Virus record (IMG/VR): IMGVR_UViG_3300041986_000079 | Coordinates: 1-64,000 of that record | Strand: one strand, 5' to 3' | DNA length: 64,000 nucleotides | Source of the DNA: a virus | Lineage: Duplodnaviria; Caudoviricetes | In this document: piece by piece, positions 1-9,393 of the stretch | Numbering within the stretch: position 1 is the first letter of the stretch | How the letters are laid out: each line of letters begins with the position of its first letter | Made by a program: the position numbers and the translations under genes | The notes under the pieces: generated by a model | Seen by the model: only the letters and a program-made list of their open reading frames with translations | Told to the model about the DNA's origin: nothing | Database searches by the model: none

Positions 1-171
1 GTAGGTTTAGATGCTGATGGTAATCAACTACCTGACCGTGTTGAGACTATTACAGTTTCAGTACCAGATTTATCTTCTGCAGAAGGTGTTGATATCTTTG
101 CATTTGGTTACTCACACTTAAAAACTAAGTTAGTTGGTTTATTTGGAGCGGAGAACGTAGTTGACTGCTAA
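1..171 (+). CDS. 3' end of a small virion/tail-associated protein (partial)
   Basis: Open frame from base 1 (VGLDADGNQLPDRVETITVSVPDL...GAENVVDC) ending TAA at 169-171; codon style matches the neighbours. Not in the ORF track because it has no start. Confidence 0.6.
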   Translation, partial: VGLDADGNQLPDRVETITVSVPDLSSAEGVDIFAFGYSHLKTKLVGLFGAENVVDC

Positions 172-205
172 TAAATAAGTATCTTATAGTATACCCTAGT
201 TGATA

Positions 206-1948
206 ATGAATAAGCCGTTAAACCTAAAAGACTTTATAAAGAAAGATTGCAATGGTGATGTAGTATTACCAGGTAACCTTACTGTTACAAAGTTTATAAA
301 AGCCCATACTCCATCTGTACTTGATGACTCAAATACTGTTCCTACAACAGCTTGGGTTAGAGATGTATTGTCAACATACAATGTTGGTACAGGAAGTAAG
401 TGGTATACAGGTACAGCGGCTCCACTTGACTCATTTGGTTTAAACAACGACATGTACCTTATTACTACGTCAGGTACTTTCTATAGAAAAGAAAGTGATT
501 CATGGGTGGTAAAGGGTACAATTGTCGGTGGTCAAGGTCCTGCAGGTAATACTGGTCCAGCTGGTCCGCAAGGATTAAAAGGCGATACAGGTTTAACTGG
601 TTCTCAAGGTCCTATTGGATTAACGGGTCCCACTGGTCCAAAAGGTGATACTGGTGCAGCTAGTACAGTTGCGGGTCCTATTGGTCCTCTAGGTCCACAA
701 GGACTTAAAGGAGACAAAGGAGACCGTGGTAACACAGGTGCAACTGGTGCTACTGGTCCACAAGGATTACAAGGTATTCCTGGATGTTCCGGTGCAGAAG
801 GTGCTGTGGGATCACAAGGTCCTATCGGGCCTGTTGGACCACAAGGAACTACTGGTTTGCAAGGACCAAAAGGCGACAAGGGCGATAAAGGAGAAACAGG
901 TATACAAGGTCTTACTGGACCAAGGGGTCCTCAAGGAGATAAAGGTAATACTGGAGCTCAAGGTGTTCAAGGTATACAAGGTTCAATTGGCCCAGCTGGC
1001 ACCGGATTAACATTACTTGGTACTGTTGCAAATGTTGCCGCTTTACCATCATCTGGTAATACACAAGGTGATGCTTATATTGTAACAAGTCCTAATGGTG
1101 ACTTATATGTATGGAGCGCATCTGCTGGTGCATGGGAAAACGTGGGTAACATTGTTGGACCGCAAGGACCACAAGGTATTCAAGGACCCCAAGGTATACA
1201 GGGTATTCAAGGTATTCAAGGTGTTAAAGGAGATGCTGGTACACCTGGCGCAAAAGGAGATACTGGTAACAACGGTGCTGCTGCAACTATTGCTCTTGGT
1301 ACCGTAACAACTGGAGCTGCTGGAACAAATGTTGCTATTACAAATTCTGGTACATCAGCTGCTGCTATATTTAACTTTACAATACCAAGAGGAACTAAAG
1401 GTGATATTGGTACTGCAGCAACAATAGCTTTAGGTACTGTTACCACAGGTGCAGCTGGAAGTGCTGCAGCAATAACAAACAGTGGTACAAACTTAGATGC
1501 TATCTTTAACTTTACTATACCACAAGGTATACAAGGGATTAAAGGGGATAAAGGTGACACAGGTACTGCTGGTACTGGTTTTGATGCTATTTTTCCAGCA
1601 ACTAATAACGCTCTTGTTATATCAAACGGTACAGAAACAGCTGCGTTTACAAACCCTAATATCTATGTTAGTGGTAACAACTTATATGCAGGAGCATTCT
1701 ACCAAACATCATCAAGAACAAAGAAGACAGATATCAGTGACTTTACATCTTCTGCTTTAGATATTATTAACAAGACTAAGATTGTAAACTTTGTGTATAA
1801 AGCTGATCCTACAGTAAAACATATAGGATTTATAGCAGAAGATACTCCAGCAGAACTGGCAACAGTTAATCACGACACGATGGATATTCCATCAACTATT
1901 GCAATACTTTTAAAAGCAGTTCAGGAACTACAAGAAAAGCTTAAGTAA
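206..1948 (+). CDS. Collagen-like tail fibre with C-terminal peptidase S74-type intramolecular chaperone
   Basis: Long Gly-X-Y tracts; fibre motifs [15 protein letters not shown] and GDAYIV..GDLYVW; C-terminal [13 protein letters not shown]...IGFIAED...coiled coil typical of S74 chaperones. ATG at 206 is preferred over TTG at 200. Confidence 0.9.
   Translation: MNKPLNLKDFIKKDCNGDVVLPGNLTVTKFIKAHTPSVLDDSNTVPTTAWVRDVLSTYNVGTGSKWYTGTAAPLDSFGLNNDMYLITTSGTFYRKESDSWVVKGTIVGGQGPAGNTGPAGPQGLKGDTGLTGSQGPIGLTGPTGPKGDTGAASTVAGPIGPLGPQGLKGDKGDRGNTGATGATGPQGLQGIPGCSGAEGAVGSQGPIGPVGPQGTTGLQGPKGDKGDKGETGIQGLTGPRGPQGDKGNTGAQGVQGIQGSIGPAGTGLTLLGTVANVAALPSSGNTQGDAYIVTSPNGDLYVWSASAGAWENVGNIVGPQGPQGIQGPQGIQGIQGIQGVKGDAGTPGAKGDTGNNGAAATIALGTVTTGAAGTNVAITNSGTSAAAIFNFTIPRGTKGDIGTAATIALGTVTTGAAGSAAAITNSGTNLDAIFNFTIPQGIQGIKGDKGDTGTAGTGFDAIFPATNNALVISNGTETAAFTNPNIYVSGNNLYAGAFYQTSSRTKKTDISDFTSSALDIINKTKIVNFVYKADPTVKHIGFIAEDTPAELATVNHDTMDIPSTIAILLKAVQELQEKLK
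530..1580 (+). repeat. Collagen Gly-X-Y tracts plus two copies of an [22 protein letters not shown]...AIFNFTIP repeat
   Basis: Read directly from the translation of 206..1948. Confidence 0.95.
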
Positions 1949-1951
1949 TAC

Positions 1952-4249
1952 ATGAAGGTTAATGACGCTCTTGTAACATTTGAAGAACTCAGCACAATGG
2001 GTTTTCCTGTAAAAGCAGGTACTAATCCTCCTATAAACAACAAGTGTGTTACAAAAGGAGAGGTTAATACTTACTATACAGTTGATACAACAGTTAGTCC
2101 TTTCTCTACTTATACAGATAATAGATGTCCTAGATTTCAAGATCTAGTTGCAGTTGCTTGTGTACCATTTGTTCCTACAATGACACAGACTATTGTGTCC
2201 CCTATTGATGGTACAGAGATTACACCTGATTGTACAGATGACTTTGTTTACAAGTTTCAGATTAGTGCTGGGGCTGGAACATGGAAACCTGGAGGAGTAC
2301 CAAGATTTATTAACTATATACCTGCTGGTATTGAGATTACATCTTTTAGATATGTCTACTATGATGGTAAAGCTATTGGTCCTGGGGCTAATGATTGGCC
2401 CTTACCAACGTCTGATTATTATGATGTAGTTACACTTACTAGTTCACATATTGATATTGGATTATTCAAACCTATTGGTGATGGTCATACCTATACTATA
2501 GCTTTCAATGCTAGAGTAACAGGTGGTGGAGCAACTTATACAAATACAGCTAGTTTTTTTGCATTAGGTTGTGATGGTTTAGTTACTATTGAAGCAGCAA
2601 AAACATTTACTATAAGTCCAACAACTCTTGGTATTAGTATTACAACTGACCAAGAAGCAATCTCAGGTTGTATAACTGTAAGACGATATGCAGTTAATGT
2701 AGTAAATAGCGGTTGTAAGATTATTGGTGGTACTCTTACTGTTGATTTACCAACTGGATTATATCTAGATGCCTTTGAAAAGATTCTTTATAATGACCAA
2801 TTATGCCCAGTACCAACTAGTGACTACTATACTTTAGATACATATCAACAAAATCAAAGTGGTGGTAATATTAGTGTTACATTAAAGAAACCTATTACTT
2901 CTGATTTTAACTATACGTTATTCTTTTACGCTACTTCTGGTACAGCTAGTCATACTGTATCTGCATCCATTACCAGTGGTACGTTTACAGCAAGTACAAC
3001 AAACACAAGTTCTTATACTACAATACCATCAGTAACGTATTATCAGTTAAATGGTTGCAGTTCTTCTGACTATGCATTTACAACGATTGTACCTCTTGGT
3101 ATAAATAATCGATATGTGTTACCATCAAATGGTGCAGTATATACTTATGGTGGCGGTACATCAACTCAGTGTACAGTTCCTCCAGCTTATAACGGATCGA
3201 TCCAACGCACAAACTCTTATAACTGCTGTGATGATGTTCCTAACTGGCAGAATAATGGCACGTATAACTGTTATGGTACATGTGATAAGTATTATGTTCA
3301 AACAGATATAGCTGGTCCTTGTTCATCAACAAACGGACAAACAAGACAAGGTAGTGTTTATCAATATAACTCAGCAGATTGTGGTGGATGTTGCGGACAA
3401 TCAACTTCACAGATACAAGGAGGTCAGATAGGTACATATCATACATGCAGTAACGGTACAGTAAATCAAACTGCAGTATATCAAAACAGTAATGCTTGTT
3501 ATGGTGGACCATATATTTATTTATTAAACGGTACGTGGTTATCTTATAATCCGTCTAACTCATATCCATCAACAACATCTAACTGTCAAGATACAGGATC
3601 AGCTTATTGCCAAGGATCAAACTGGGTTATCAATCAGTATCAAGCAAATAGTTGCTCATCAGCATCTTGTGGTGTTCGTGTTATTGAGTATAACTCAGTT
3701 ACTCACGGTTGTTATGATCCATGTGCTGGTAATACATCACCAATATTTACTTATCAGAATTATACAAGCTGTTATGAATGCTATAACGCTCCTGTTTATA
3801 AAGACACAAATAGTTGCTCATCAACAAATGGTCAGTACTATGTTGAGAATCAAGCAGGGAATAAAGTTTATGTAGGAGGTCAACCAACAGGAGTTTCTTG
3901 TAACTATACATCAAACTGCCAGGATAGTGGTTCTGCATACTGTCAAGGTCCTAACTGGGTGATTAATCAAGCTCAACAAAATCCTTGTTCTTCAACAAGT
4001 TGTGGTGTTAGAGTTATTGAATACAACTCAGTAAGCAATGGTTGCTATACTCCTCCGTCTTCTTGTACAGCATGGAGAATGGAAAACTATAACGGGTATG
4101 GTCAAACAGATTATGTTGAGTGGACTGACTGTAACAACTACTTACACTCTGAATGGTTATCTGATGGGTCATTCTTAGACATCTGTTTCAAAGACGGTAC
4201 AAGTGTTACTTACTCTTACTCAACACCTACTAATATGGGAACTTGCTAG
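1952..4249 (+). CDS. Cys/Thr/Tyr-rich virion fibre or adhesin-like protein
   Basis: 765 aa directly after the S74 fibre; beta-rich N-half and Cys-rich C-half with an internal duplication. Confidence 0.65.
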   Translation: MKVNDALVTFEELSTMGFPVKAGTNPPINNKCVTKGEVNTYYTVDTTVSPFSTYTDNRCPRFQDLVAVACVPFVPTMTQTIVSPIDGTEITPDCTDDFVYKFQISAGAGTWKPGGVPRFINYIPAGIEITSFRYVYYDGKAIGPGANDWPLPTSDYYDVVTLTSSHIDIGLFKPIGDGHTYTIAFNARVTGGGATYTNTASFFALGCDGLVTIEAAKTFTISPTTLGISITTDQEAISGCITVRRYAVNVVNSGCKIIGGTLTVDLPTGLYLDAFEKILYNDQLCPVPTSDYYTLDTYQQNQSGGNISVTLKKPITSDFNYTLFFYATSGTASHTVSASITSGTFTASTTNTSSYTTIPSVTYYQLNGCSSSDYAFTTIVPLGINNRYVLPSNGAVYTYGGGTSTQCTVPPAYNGSIQRTNSYNCCDDVPNWQNNGTYNCYGTCDKYYVQTDIAGPCSSTNGQTRQGSVYQYNSADCGGCCGQSTSQIQGGQIGTYHTCSNGTVNQTAVYQNSNACYGGPYIYLLNGTWLSYNPSNSYPSTTSNCQDTGSAYCQGSNWVINQYQANSCSSASCGVRVIEYNSVTHGCYDPCAGNTSPIFTYQNYTSCYECYNAPVYKDTNSCSSTNGQYYVENQAGNKVYVGGQPTGVSCNYTSNCQDSGSAYCQGPNWVINQAQQNPCSSTSCGVRVIEYNSVSNGCYTPPSSCTAWRMENYNGYGQTDYVEWTDCNNYLHSEWLSDGSFLDICFKDGTSVTYSYSTPTNMGTC
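3575..4048 (+). repeat. Two copies of a 47-codon Cys-rich unit (3575-3715 and 3908-4048, 333 nt apart)
   Basis: TSNCQDTGSAYCQGSNWVINQ...CGVRVIEYNSVTHGCY versus TSNCQDSGSAYCQGPNWVINQ...CGVRVIEYNSVSNGCY. Confidence 0.95.
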
Positions 4250-4255
4250 TCTCCC

Positions 4256-4280
4256 ATATTATAGGTATATTATAATGTAG
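4256..4280 (+). promoter_or_regulatory. Phage promoter-like motif (ATATT-N-GTATATTAT-N3-GTAG)
   Basis: GTATATTATAATGTAG at 4265-4280; related motifs recur in front of other + strand genes. Confidence 0.6.
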
Positions 4281-4309
4281 TATATATTTACAAACCAAAT
4301 ACAACCATC

Positions 4310-4825
4310 ATGTCAAAAAACAATCTAGTTACTACCCTAAGTATTGGGGAGATTTACTTACTTGAGTCAGAGATCAACGGACAAGTTGATCAGCAGACTG
4401 GTGAGAAAGTTACAAAAGGAGTTCTTGGTCATCCTTTATCAATGGTTCACCGTTACTGGTTAACTGATTTATCAGACACCATCGCTGCTTATAAAAAGAC
4501 AGTTGATAAGTTACGTGAAGAGTTAATCACAAAGCTTGGTGAAGCTGATGAAAAAGGTGGATACAACTTACCAATGACTATTCCAGTTCTTGACGAAGAA
4601 GGTCAACCAAAGTTAGGAGAAGACGGTAAAGAGTTAAAGCAGTTCAACCCTAAGTTTGTTGAGTTCAATGAAGAGATGAATAAGTTATTCAGTGAAACAA
4701 AAGATGTTTCTCACTATCCATTTACGATTGCCGCGTTTGATTTTAAAACAGACGAGTCCTACCCCGTGCTCTTCAAACTCTTGAAGACAAAAAAAGAGGA
4801 AAAGCCAACTGCATCAGTTGAGTAA
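4310..4825 (+). CDS. Conserved phage protein, possibly DUF1617-like or a fibre assembly chaperone
   Basis: 171 aa, charged and helical (VDKLREELITKLGE..D), flanked by its own promoter-like motif and terminator. Confidence 0.5.
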   Translation: MSKNNLVTTLSIGEIYLLESEINGQVDQQTGEKVTKGVLGHPLSMVHRYWLTDLSDTIAAYKKTVDKLREELITKLGEADEKGGYNLPMTIPVLDEEGQPKLGEDGKELKQFNPKFVEFNEEMNKLFSETKDVSHYPFTIAAFDFKTDESYPVLFKLLKTKKEEKPTASVE

Positions 4826-4859
4826 TTCTAACCCTTATTATTCCTCATATAGTATAAGT

Positions 4860-4898
4860 AAGCCATGAGTATATTATTCATGGCTTCTTTGTTTTTAT
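4860..4898 (+). terminator. Rho-independent terminator
   Basis: AAGCCATGA-GTATATTAT-TCATGGCTT stem-loop followed by CTTTGTTTTTATTT. Confidence 0.8.
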
Positions 4899-4911
4899 TT
4901 GTAAAGTACCT

Positions 4912-4936
4912 CAGTTTTAAGTATATTATAGTGTAG
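4912..4936 (+). promoter_or_regulatory. Phage promoter-like motif
   Basis: TTTTAA-GTATATTATAGTGTAG (core 4921-4936), just after the terminator and 33 nt before the ATG at 4970. Confidence 0.6.
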
Positions 4937-4969
4937 ACTGAAGTAATCCAGACACTAATATTAAGCCCT

Positions 4970-6475
4970 ATGCTACCCACACGTTCTAATACAGCAGATC
5001 AAGGGTGCTCTCCAGTATCATCAAACTGCGTTATTTGGCAAGGTCCTGCCTTACCATGTTTAAGTTTATGTACAGGAGACACTGTATCATCTGTTATATA
5101 CAAGCTTGCAGATTTTATCTGTAACTCAGGTAATCAAAACTTAGACGTTGACTTGTCTTGTTTAACAAGCGTTAACGTTACAGATAAATCAATCGAGAAC
5201 ATCTTAACTCTTTTGATTACAAAGACGTGTACCTTAGAAGATCTTATTAATACAATTGGTGCTGGTCCAACTGTTGAAGATCCTCTTATTACTATTGCAC
5301 AATGTTTCAGAACAACAGATAGTAATGGAGATCCAATAACAACAAAACAGCATACAGAATATACACGTCTTATTGGGCTTAAGGTTTGTACTATTGATGG
5401 TACTGTTAGTGCACATACTTCAACTCTTAGTTCTTATGGTAATCGTATTACTGTATTAGAACAAGCAGTATTAGGAAACTCAGCTACAGAAGGTCAAGTT
5501 ACTTTAACTTGTGGTGGTACAACTACTACACAATCTATCAGTGATGCTTTATTAAATCTACAAGCTCAGGTTTGTGGTATTCGTACAGCATTAGGTACTA
5601 ACTCAGCATTAACAAGTGCTGCTGGATTACAACCAAGTTCATTAAGTACTTCCCCAGCTTTATCTGTTACAGGTACTATGTCTGCTTTAACTGGTTGGAA
5701 ACCAACAGTTAGCACAGTTGCAGATACTATCTCTAACTTATGGGTTACTCTTATTGACTTACGTACAGCATTCAATAACATAAAAGACTTAATCAAGCCA
5801 GATTGTGCAAACGTTATTGTTGACTTTGCTCCTGCAATGATTAACAATGGTACTGCAGTTAACTTGTTCTTTAGTGGTTACAGCTCTGTACCTACTGGAT
5901 GGACTAACACAGATTCAAAAGGATCTAAGTTAACCATCACGGATGCTCTTGGTAACTCACACCCAATCTACGTTGACGTTATTGGTGTTGTTAACTCTGC
6001 TAACCCACTTGTGATTCAGTTATCTGGAACACCATTGAACTTAGCTACTAAGTTAACATTTACACTTGCTTCATCATTGACAAACTCTGGTGTTCAGTGT
6101 AACAAGACAATTACAAAAGGATCAGATAGTGCTACAAACTCTTGCCCTACATTAACTGTAGTTCCTGGTGCAACAACAATGGCATTCTCGTTTGCTCCTC
6201 CTATTAACGACAACGCAGTATACAAGATTGAATTATTATCAAGTGGCGATGTGGTTCTTGCAACAAAGACCTTTACTAATCCACAAGCGATCGTATCTGA
6301 CGTATTCACTAACTTGTTACAAGGAACTGCATACAAAGTTAGAGCAACAACAACTATTGGTAGCCTAGCTCCTGTGGTTTGTCCATCTGCTCCATATACT
6401 ACTTTAAACACTGACACTGGTTCTACAACTTGCGGATTACCTCCAACGATTGCAGGAACACCAACAGTATCTTAA
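4970..6475 (+). CDS. Virion structural protein: Cys-rich N-terminus, coiled coil, C-terminal FN3-like domain
   Basis: CSPVSSNCVIWQGPALPCL N-terminus; heptad segment SYGNRITVLEQ; FTNLLQGTAYKVR FN3 signature. Confidence 0.65.
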   Translation: MLPTRSNTADQGCSPVSSNCVIWQGPALPCLSLCTGDTVSSVIYKLADFICNSGNQNLDVDLSCLTSVNVTDKSIENILTLLITKTCTLEDLINTIGAGPTVEDPLITIAQCFRTTDSNGDPITTKQHTEYTRLIGLKVCTIDGTVSAHTSTLSSYGNRITVLEQAVLGNSATEGQVTLTCGGTTTTQSISDALLNLQAQVCGIRTALGTNSALTSAAGLQPSSLSTSPALSVTGTMSALTGWKPTVSTVADTISNLWVTLIDLRTAFNNIKDLIKPDCANVIVDFAPAMINNGTAVNLFFSGYSSVPTGWTNTDSKGSKLTITDALGNSHPIYVDVIGVVNSANPLVIQLSGTPLNLATKLTFTLASSLTNSGVQCNKTITKGSDSATNSCPTLTVVPGATTMAFSFAPPINDNAVYKIELLSSGDVVLATKTFTNPQAIVSDVFTNLLQGTAYKVRATTTIGSLAPVVCPSAPYTTLNTDTGSTTCGLPPTIAGTPTVS

Positions 6476-6487
6476 TACCACTAAACT

Positions 6488-7006
6488 ATGAGCTGCAGCG
6501 ATTCATCTTTGCCTTTATCTAATTGCAACCCATGTGCAGGTTGTCCTCCAGTACCAGCAATAACAACTGCTTGTGTTGATGGAGAACCATGCGAAGAGTT
6601 AGCATTACTTGGTTGTGTTAAATACTCAGGAGATAATATCTTAGAAGCAAAGATTACAAACGGAGAACGTTTAGATGAGATCTTGCAAAAGCTTATTGTT
6701 GGTATTACTGCTCCTGAGTGTATTAGTCCAACATTAAAGTGTGTAACTAAGTTACGCTCAACTGCAATTACAGCTAGTGCAATCACTGTTGCTTGGAATA
6801 CAGCTGCTGATACTACTAGCTTAACGCTACAATATAAAACATCATCAGCTTCTACATGGACTGATGTAGTTGTTACTGGAGTATCAACAAAACAGATTAC
6901 TGGATTAACTGCAGCTACAACTTATTACTTTAAGATAGCAAGTGTTAGTGCTGGTGCTACTAACTGTTCTTCAGTAACTATTAGTGTAACAACAAAAGCT
7001 GCTTAA
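6488..7006 (+). CDS. Cys-rich protein with an FN3 domain
   Basis: ITVAW...LQYK..SASTWT...ITGLTAATTYYFKIASV is a textbook FN3 pattern. Confidence 0.8.
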   Translation: MSCSDSSLPLSNCNPCAGCPPVPAITTACVDGEPCEELALLGCVKYSGDNILEAKITNGERLDEILQKLIVGITAPECISPTLKCVTKLRSTAITASAITVAWNTAADTTSLTLQYKTSSASTWTDVVVTGVSTKQITGLTAATTYYFKIASVSAGATNCSSVTISVTTKAA

Positions 7007-7008
7007 TA

Positions 7009-7272
7009 ATGGCTAACGGATTCTTGACTATATCATTAACTACATCACCTTCTAACTTTTCAGGAGGGTTGCGTATACGATATAGAAAAGAAGGAACAAC
7101 TTCTTATACAGAATATATCCATACTGGTGCAGGAAACGTTATTACAATCCCTATAAACGATAATACAGTTTTATACGAGGGTACCGTTGAAGGCATATGT
7201 GTTACGAATGGTGTAACAACTTACACAAACCCAACTCCTTTTAGTTCAATCTCAGCTGGCAATACTTACTAA
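7009..7272 (+). CDS. Small single FN3/Ig-like domain protein
   Basis: GLRIRYRKEGTTSY...YEGTVEGIC; resembles the N-termini of the next two genes. Confidence 0.65.
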   Translation: MANGFLTISLTTSPSNFSGGLRIRYRKEGTTSYTEYIHTGAGNVITIPINDNTVLYEGTVEGICVTNGVTTYTNPTPFSSISAGNTY

Positions 7273-8264
7273 TGGCAACATTAACAGTCAACTTTATTAT
7301 TAACGGTGCTGTACCAGTACTAGGATATAAGGTAGCTTATAAGAAGACTACAGATTCTTCTTATAGTTTCTTACCTACAAATATCTTTGCTAGTCCAGCT
7401 GTTATTACTGGTGTTGACCCTACTGCTCAGTATGTTGGATATATACAAGTTGATTGTGTAGGTACAACAGGAGCAAAGACTAACTTTACAACAGGTAGTC
7501 AAGTAACGCCACCAACACCAGGTGCACCAGGATATACTTTAAGTATTACTAATGGTAATGGTTATCCTATTACTACTGCAAACGAAGGTTCTATTATATT
7601 AGTAAAGTTAGCAACAGAAAATGTTACATATGGTACACAAGTACCTTATACCGTAACTGGGTTGCAACTTGCTGATTTAGGTCCGGGATCTGCTCCATTA
7701 GCAGGTAACTTTGTTATTGAGAACACAGGACATAGTGATACAAAGTCTTTTGCTATTGCAGCTGACTTAACAACAGAAGGAACAGAAACTTTTACACTAT
7801 CTCTTGATGGTTTAAGTGCAAGTGTTTCTTGTACTATTGTTGATACATCTATCTCAGGTGGTACTCAACCAACTCCTGTACCTACATGTATTCTTGTTGA
7901 AGATGGATGGTTAAACGATAGCCAACAAGAATGTACTGGAACTAATCCATCAACATCTTATAATAGAATCACAAATAGAATACGTGTTACTATAAAAGAT
8001 CAAAACGGATTAAACACAACTAGACCATCTTCTACAAATGTTGTACTTAGATTTACTTATAACCAATGTTGGGGTGGTGTTGATCCAGTATATACTCAAA
8101 CGATTACTATTCCAGCTGGACAAGCAACCGCATACTTAGATTATACTAAATATGATGTTGTTGACTGCGGTCAAGCAAACTGTGTTCCAGAAGATATTAC
8201 CTTTAACTGTGCAGTTAGTAATACTGCAGGTTTAGTATTCTGCCCTACAACTCCTACTTGTTAA
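7272..8264 (+). CDS. Virion protein with FN3-like and Calx-beta-like domains
   Basis: GYKVAYKKTTDSSY N-domain; NEGS...DLTTEGTETFTLSL Calx-beta-like pattern; TAATG overlap with the previous gene. Confidence 0.65.
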   Translation: MATLTVNFIINGAVPVLGYKVAYKKTTDSSYSFLPTNIFASPAVITGVDPTAQYVGYIQVDCVGTTGAKTNFTTGSQVTPPTPGAPGYTLSITNGNGYPITTANEGSIILVKLATENVTYGTQVPYTVTGLQLADLGPGSAPLAGNFVIENTGHSDTKSFAIAADLTTEGTETFTLSLDGLSASVSCTIVDTSISGGTQPTPVPTCILVEDGWLNDSQQECTGTNPSTSYNRITNRIRVTIKDQNGLNTTRPSSTNVVLRFTYNQCWGGVDPVYTQTITIPAGQATAYLDYTKYDVVDCGQANCVPEDITFNCAVSNTAGLVFCPTTPTC

Positions 8265-8266
8265 TT

Positions 8267-9229
8267 ATGGCTTGCCCTGTTACTAGAACTATAACGATTA
8301 ACTTTAATCCATCTACTCCTGCTCCTGCAAACGGATACAGAGTACGTTGGAGAAACGTTGGTAGTGCAAACTATATTATTGCTGGTAACTTTACTAGTTC
8401 ACCTGTAGTATTGCCAAACATCCCAATGTGTGTTGCAGTTGAAGGTACTATAGAGAACAGTTGTGGTAATAATGATTATAGTTCTTCAACGTTATGGTCA
8501 GTGCCTGCACTAGTATCAACAAAATGTGCAAACATTCTTGTTAGAAGTAAGTTATCTCCTAGCTCTTATATCTACCCAAAAGAACTTATTGATGTTGACA
8601 ACTCATCATCAACAACGATATCTTTAAACTACATAGCAAACGATACTCCAAACAAGTTTATTGTTTATAACTCTGATAGTGTTGAGGTAGCTAACTCAAA
8701 CTGGGTTGGTGTTGCAAATTACGCTGGTCCTTGGGGATCTTCTTTGAATACAAATATCTCAGGAGCGTTAACGTTTCCAAAAGCATCAGGAGATGGACGC
8801 TTCTTTTATCTTGTTGTTGAGCATGCTGGACATGCAACAATAACAGATAGCTGGCAAGTAACATTAGGATGCGCAGTTGGTGGGGGTACACTAACTCCAA
8901 CATATGATCTTAAAGCTTATATCTACGGTACACAAACAAACGTAGGAGCTGAAGGTCAAACAATTACAGTTGTATTAACAACAACAAACGTATCTAACGG
9001 AACAAACATTAACTATGAGGTGACTGGTATTCAGTCTGCTGACTTATCAGTTGGTTCTGCAGGATTAACAGGAACATTTACAGTTAATAATGGTACAGCT
9101 TCAAAGGTCTTTACATTCGTAAACGATGTAACAACAGAAGGAGTCGAAAACTTTTTATTGACATTAACATCACCAGGGATAACAAAGAGTATTACTCTTC
9201 CTATATCGGATACATCACCTGGTTTATAA
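8267..9229 (+). CDS. Virion protein with FN3-like and Calx-beta-like domains
   Basis: GYRVRWRNVGSANY N-domain; AEGQ...DVTTEGVENFLLTL. ATG at 8267 is preferred over TTG at 8258. Confidence 0.65.
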   Translation: MACPVTRTITINFNPSTPAPANGYRVRWRNVGSANYIIAGNFTSSPVVLPNIPMCVAVEGTIENSCGNNDYSSSTLWSVPALVSTKCANILVRSKLSPSSYIYPKELIDVDNSSSTTISLNYIANDTPNKFIVYNSDSVEVANSNWVGVANYAGPWGSSLNTNISGALTFPKASGDGRFFYLVVEHAGHATITDSWQVTLGCAVGGGTLTPTYDLKAYIYGTQTNVGAEGQTITVVLTTTNVSNGTNINYEVTGIQSADLSVGSAGLTGTFTVNNGTASKVFTFVNDVTTEGVENFLLTLTSPGITKSITLPISDTSPGL

Positions 9230-9270
9230 GACATTGTCTGAAGTTTTGTTGGTTTTCTTCTGACAAACGG

Positions 9271-9306
9271 GACCCCTTGCTAGAAATGGCGGGGGTCTTT
9301 ATTTTG
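9271..9306 (+). terminator. Rho-independent terminator with a GAAA tetraloop
   Basis: GACCCCTTGCTA-GAAA-TGGCGGGGGTC followed by TTTATTTTG. Confidence 0.85.
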
Positions 9307-9393
9307 TATTAAACTAACAAAAGCTTGGAAGTATGGAATATTTTTATCAGTTTTATCTTCCATAAGTGTAACTAACAACAAAAAGAGTAACTT

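Noticed and set aside
604-1560. Pro-rich antisense and alternative-frame ORFs over the collagen gene
   Set aside because: They are shadows of the Gly-X-Y codon repeats and have no independent signals.
3575-4048. Diversity-generating retroelement TR/VR pair
   Set aside because: The differences are mostly synonymous and involve all bases rather than adenines only; both copies are in frame in one gene; no reverse transcriptase is present in the window.
200-9229. Eukaryotic or giant-virus origin suggested by collagen, Cys-rich, FN3 and GT32 genes
   Set aside because: TAATG/ATGA gene coupling, intrinsic terminators, a Bacteroidota promoter, DnaB/DnaG and the crAss-type gene order all indicate a tailed bacteriophage.
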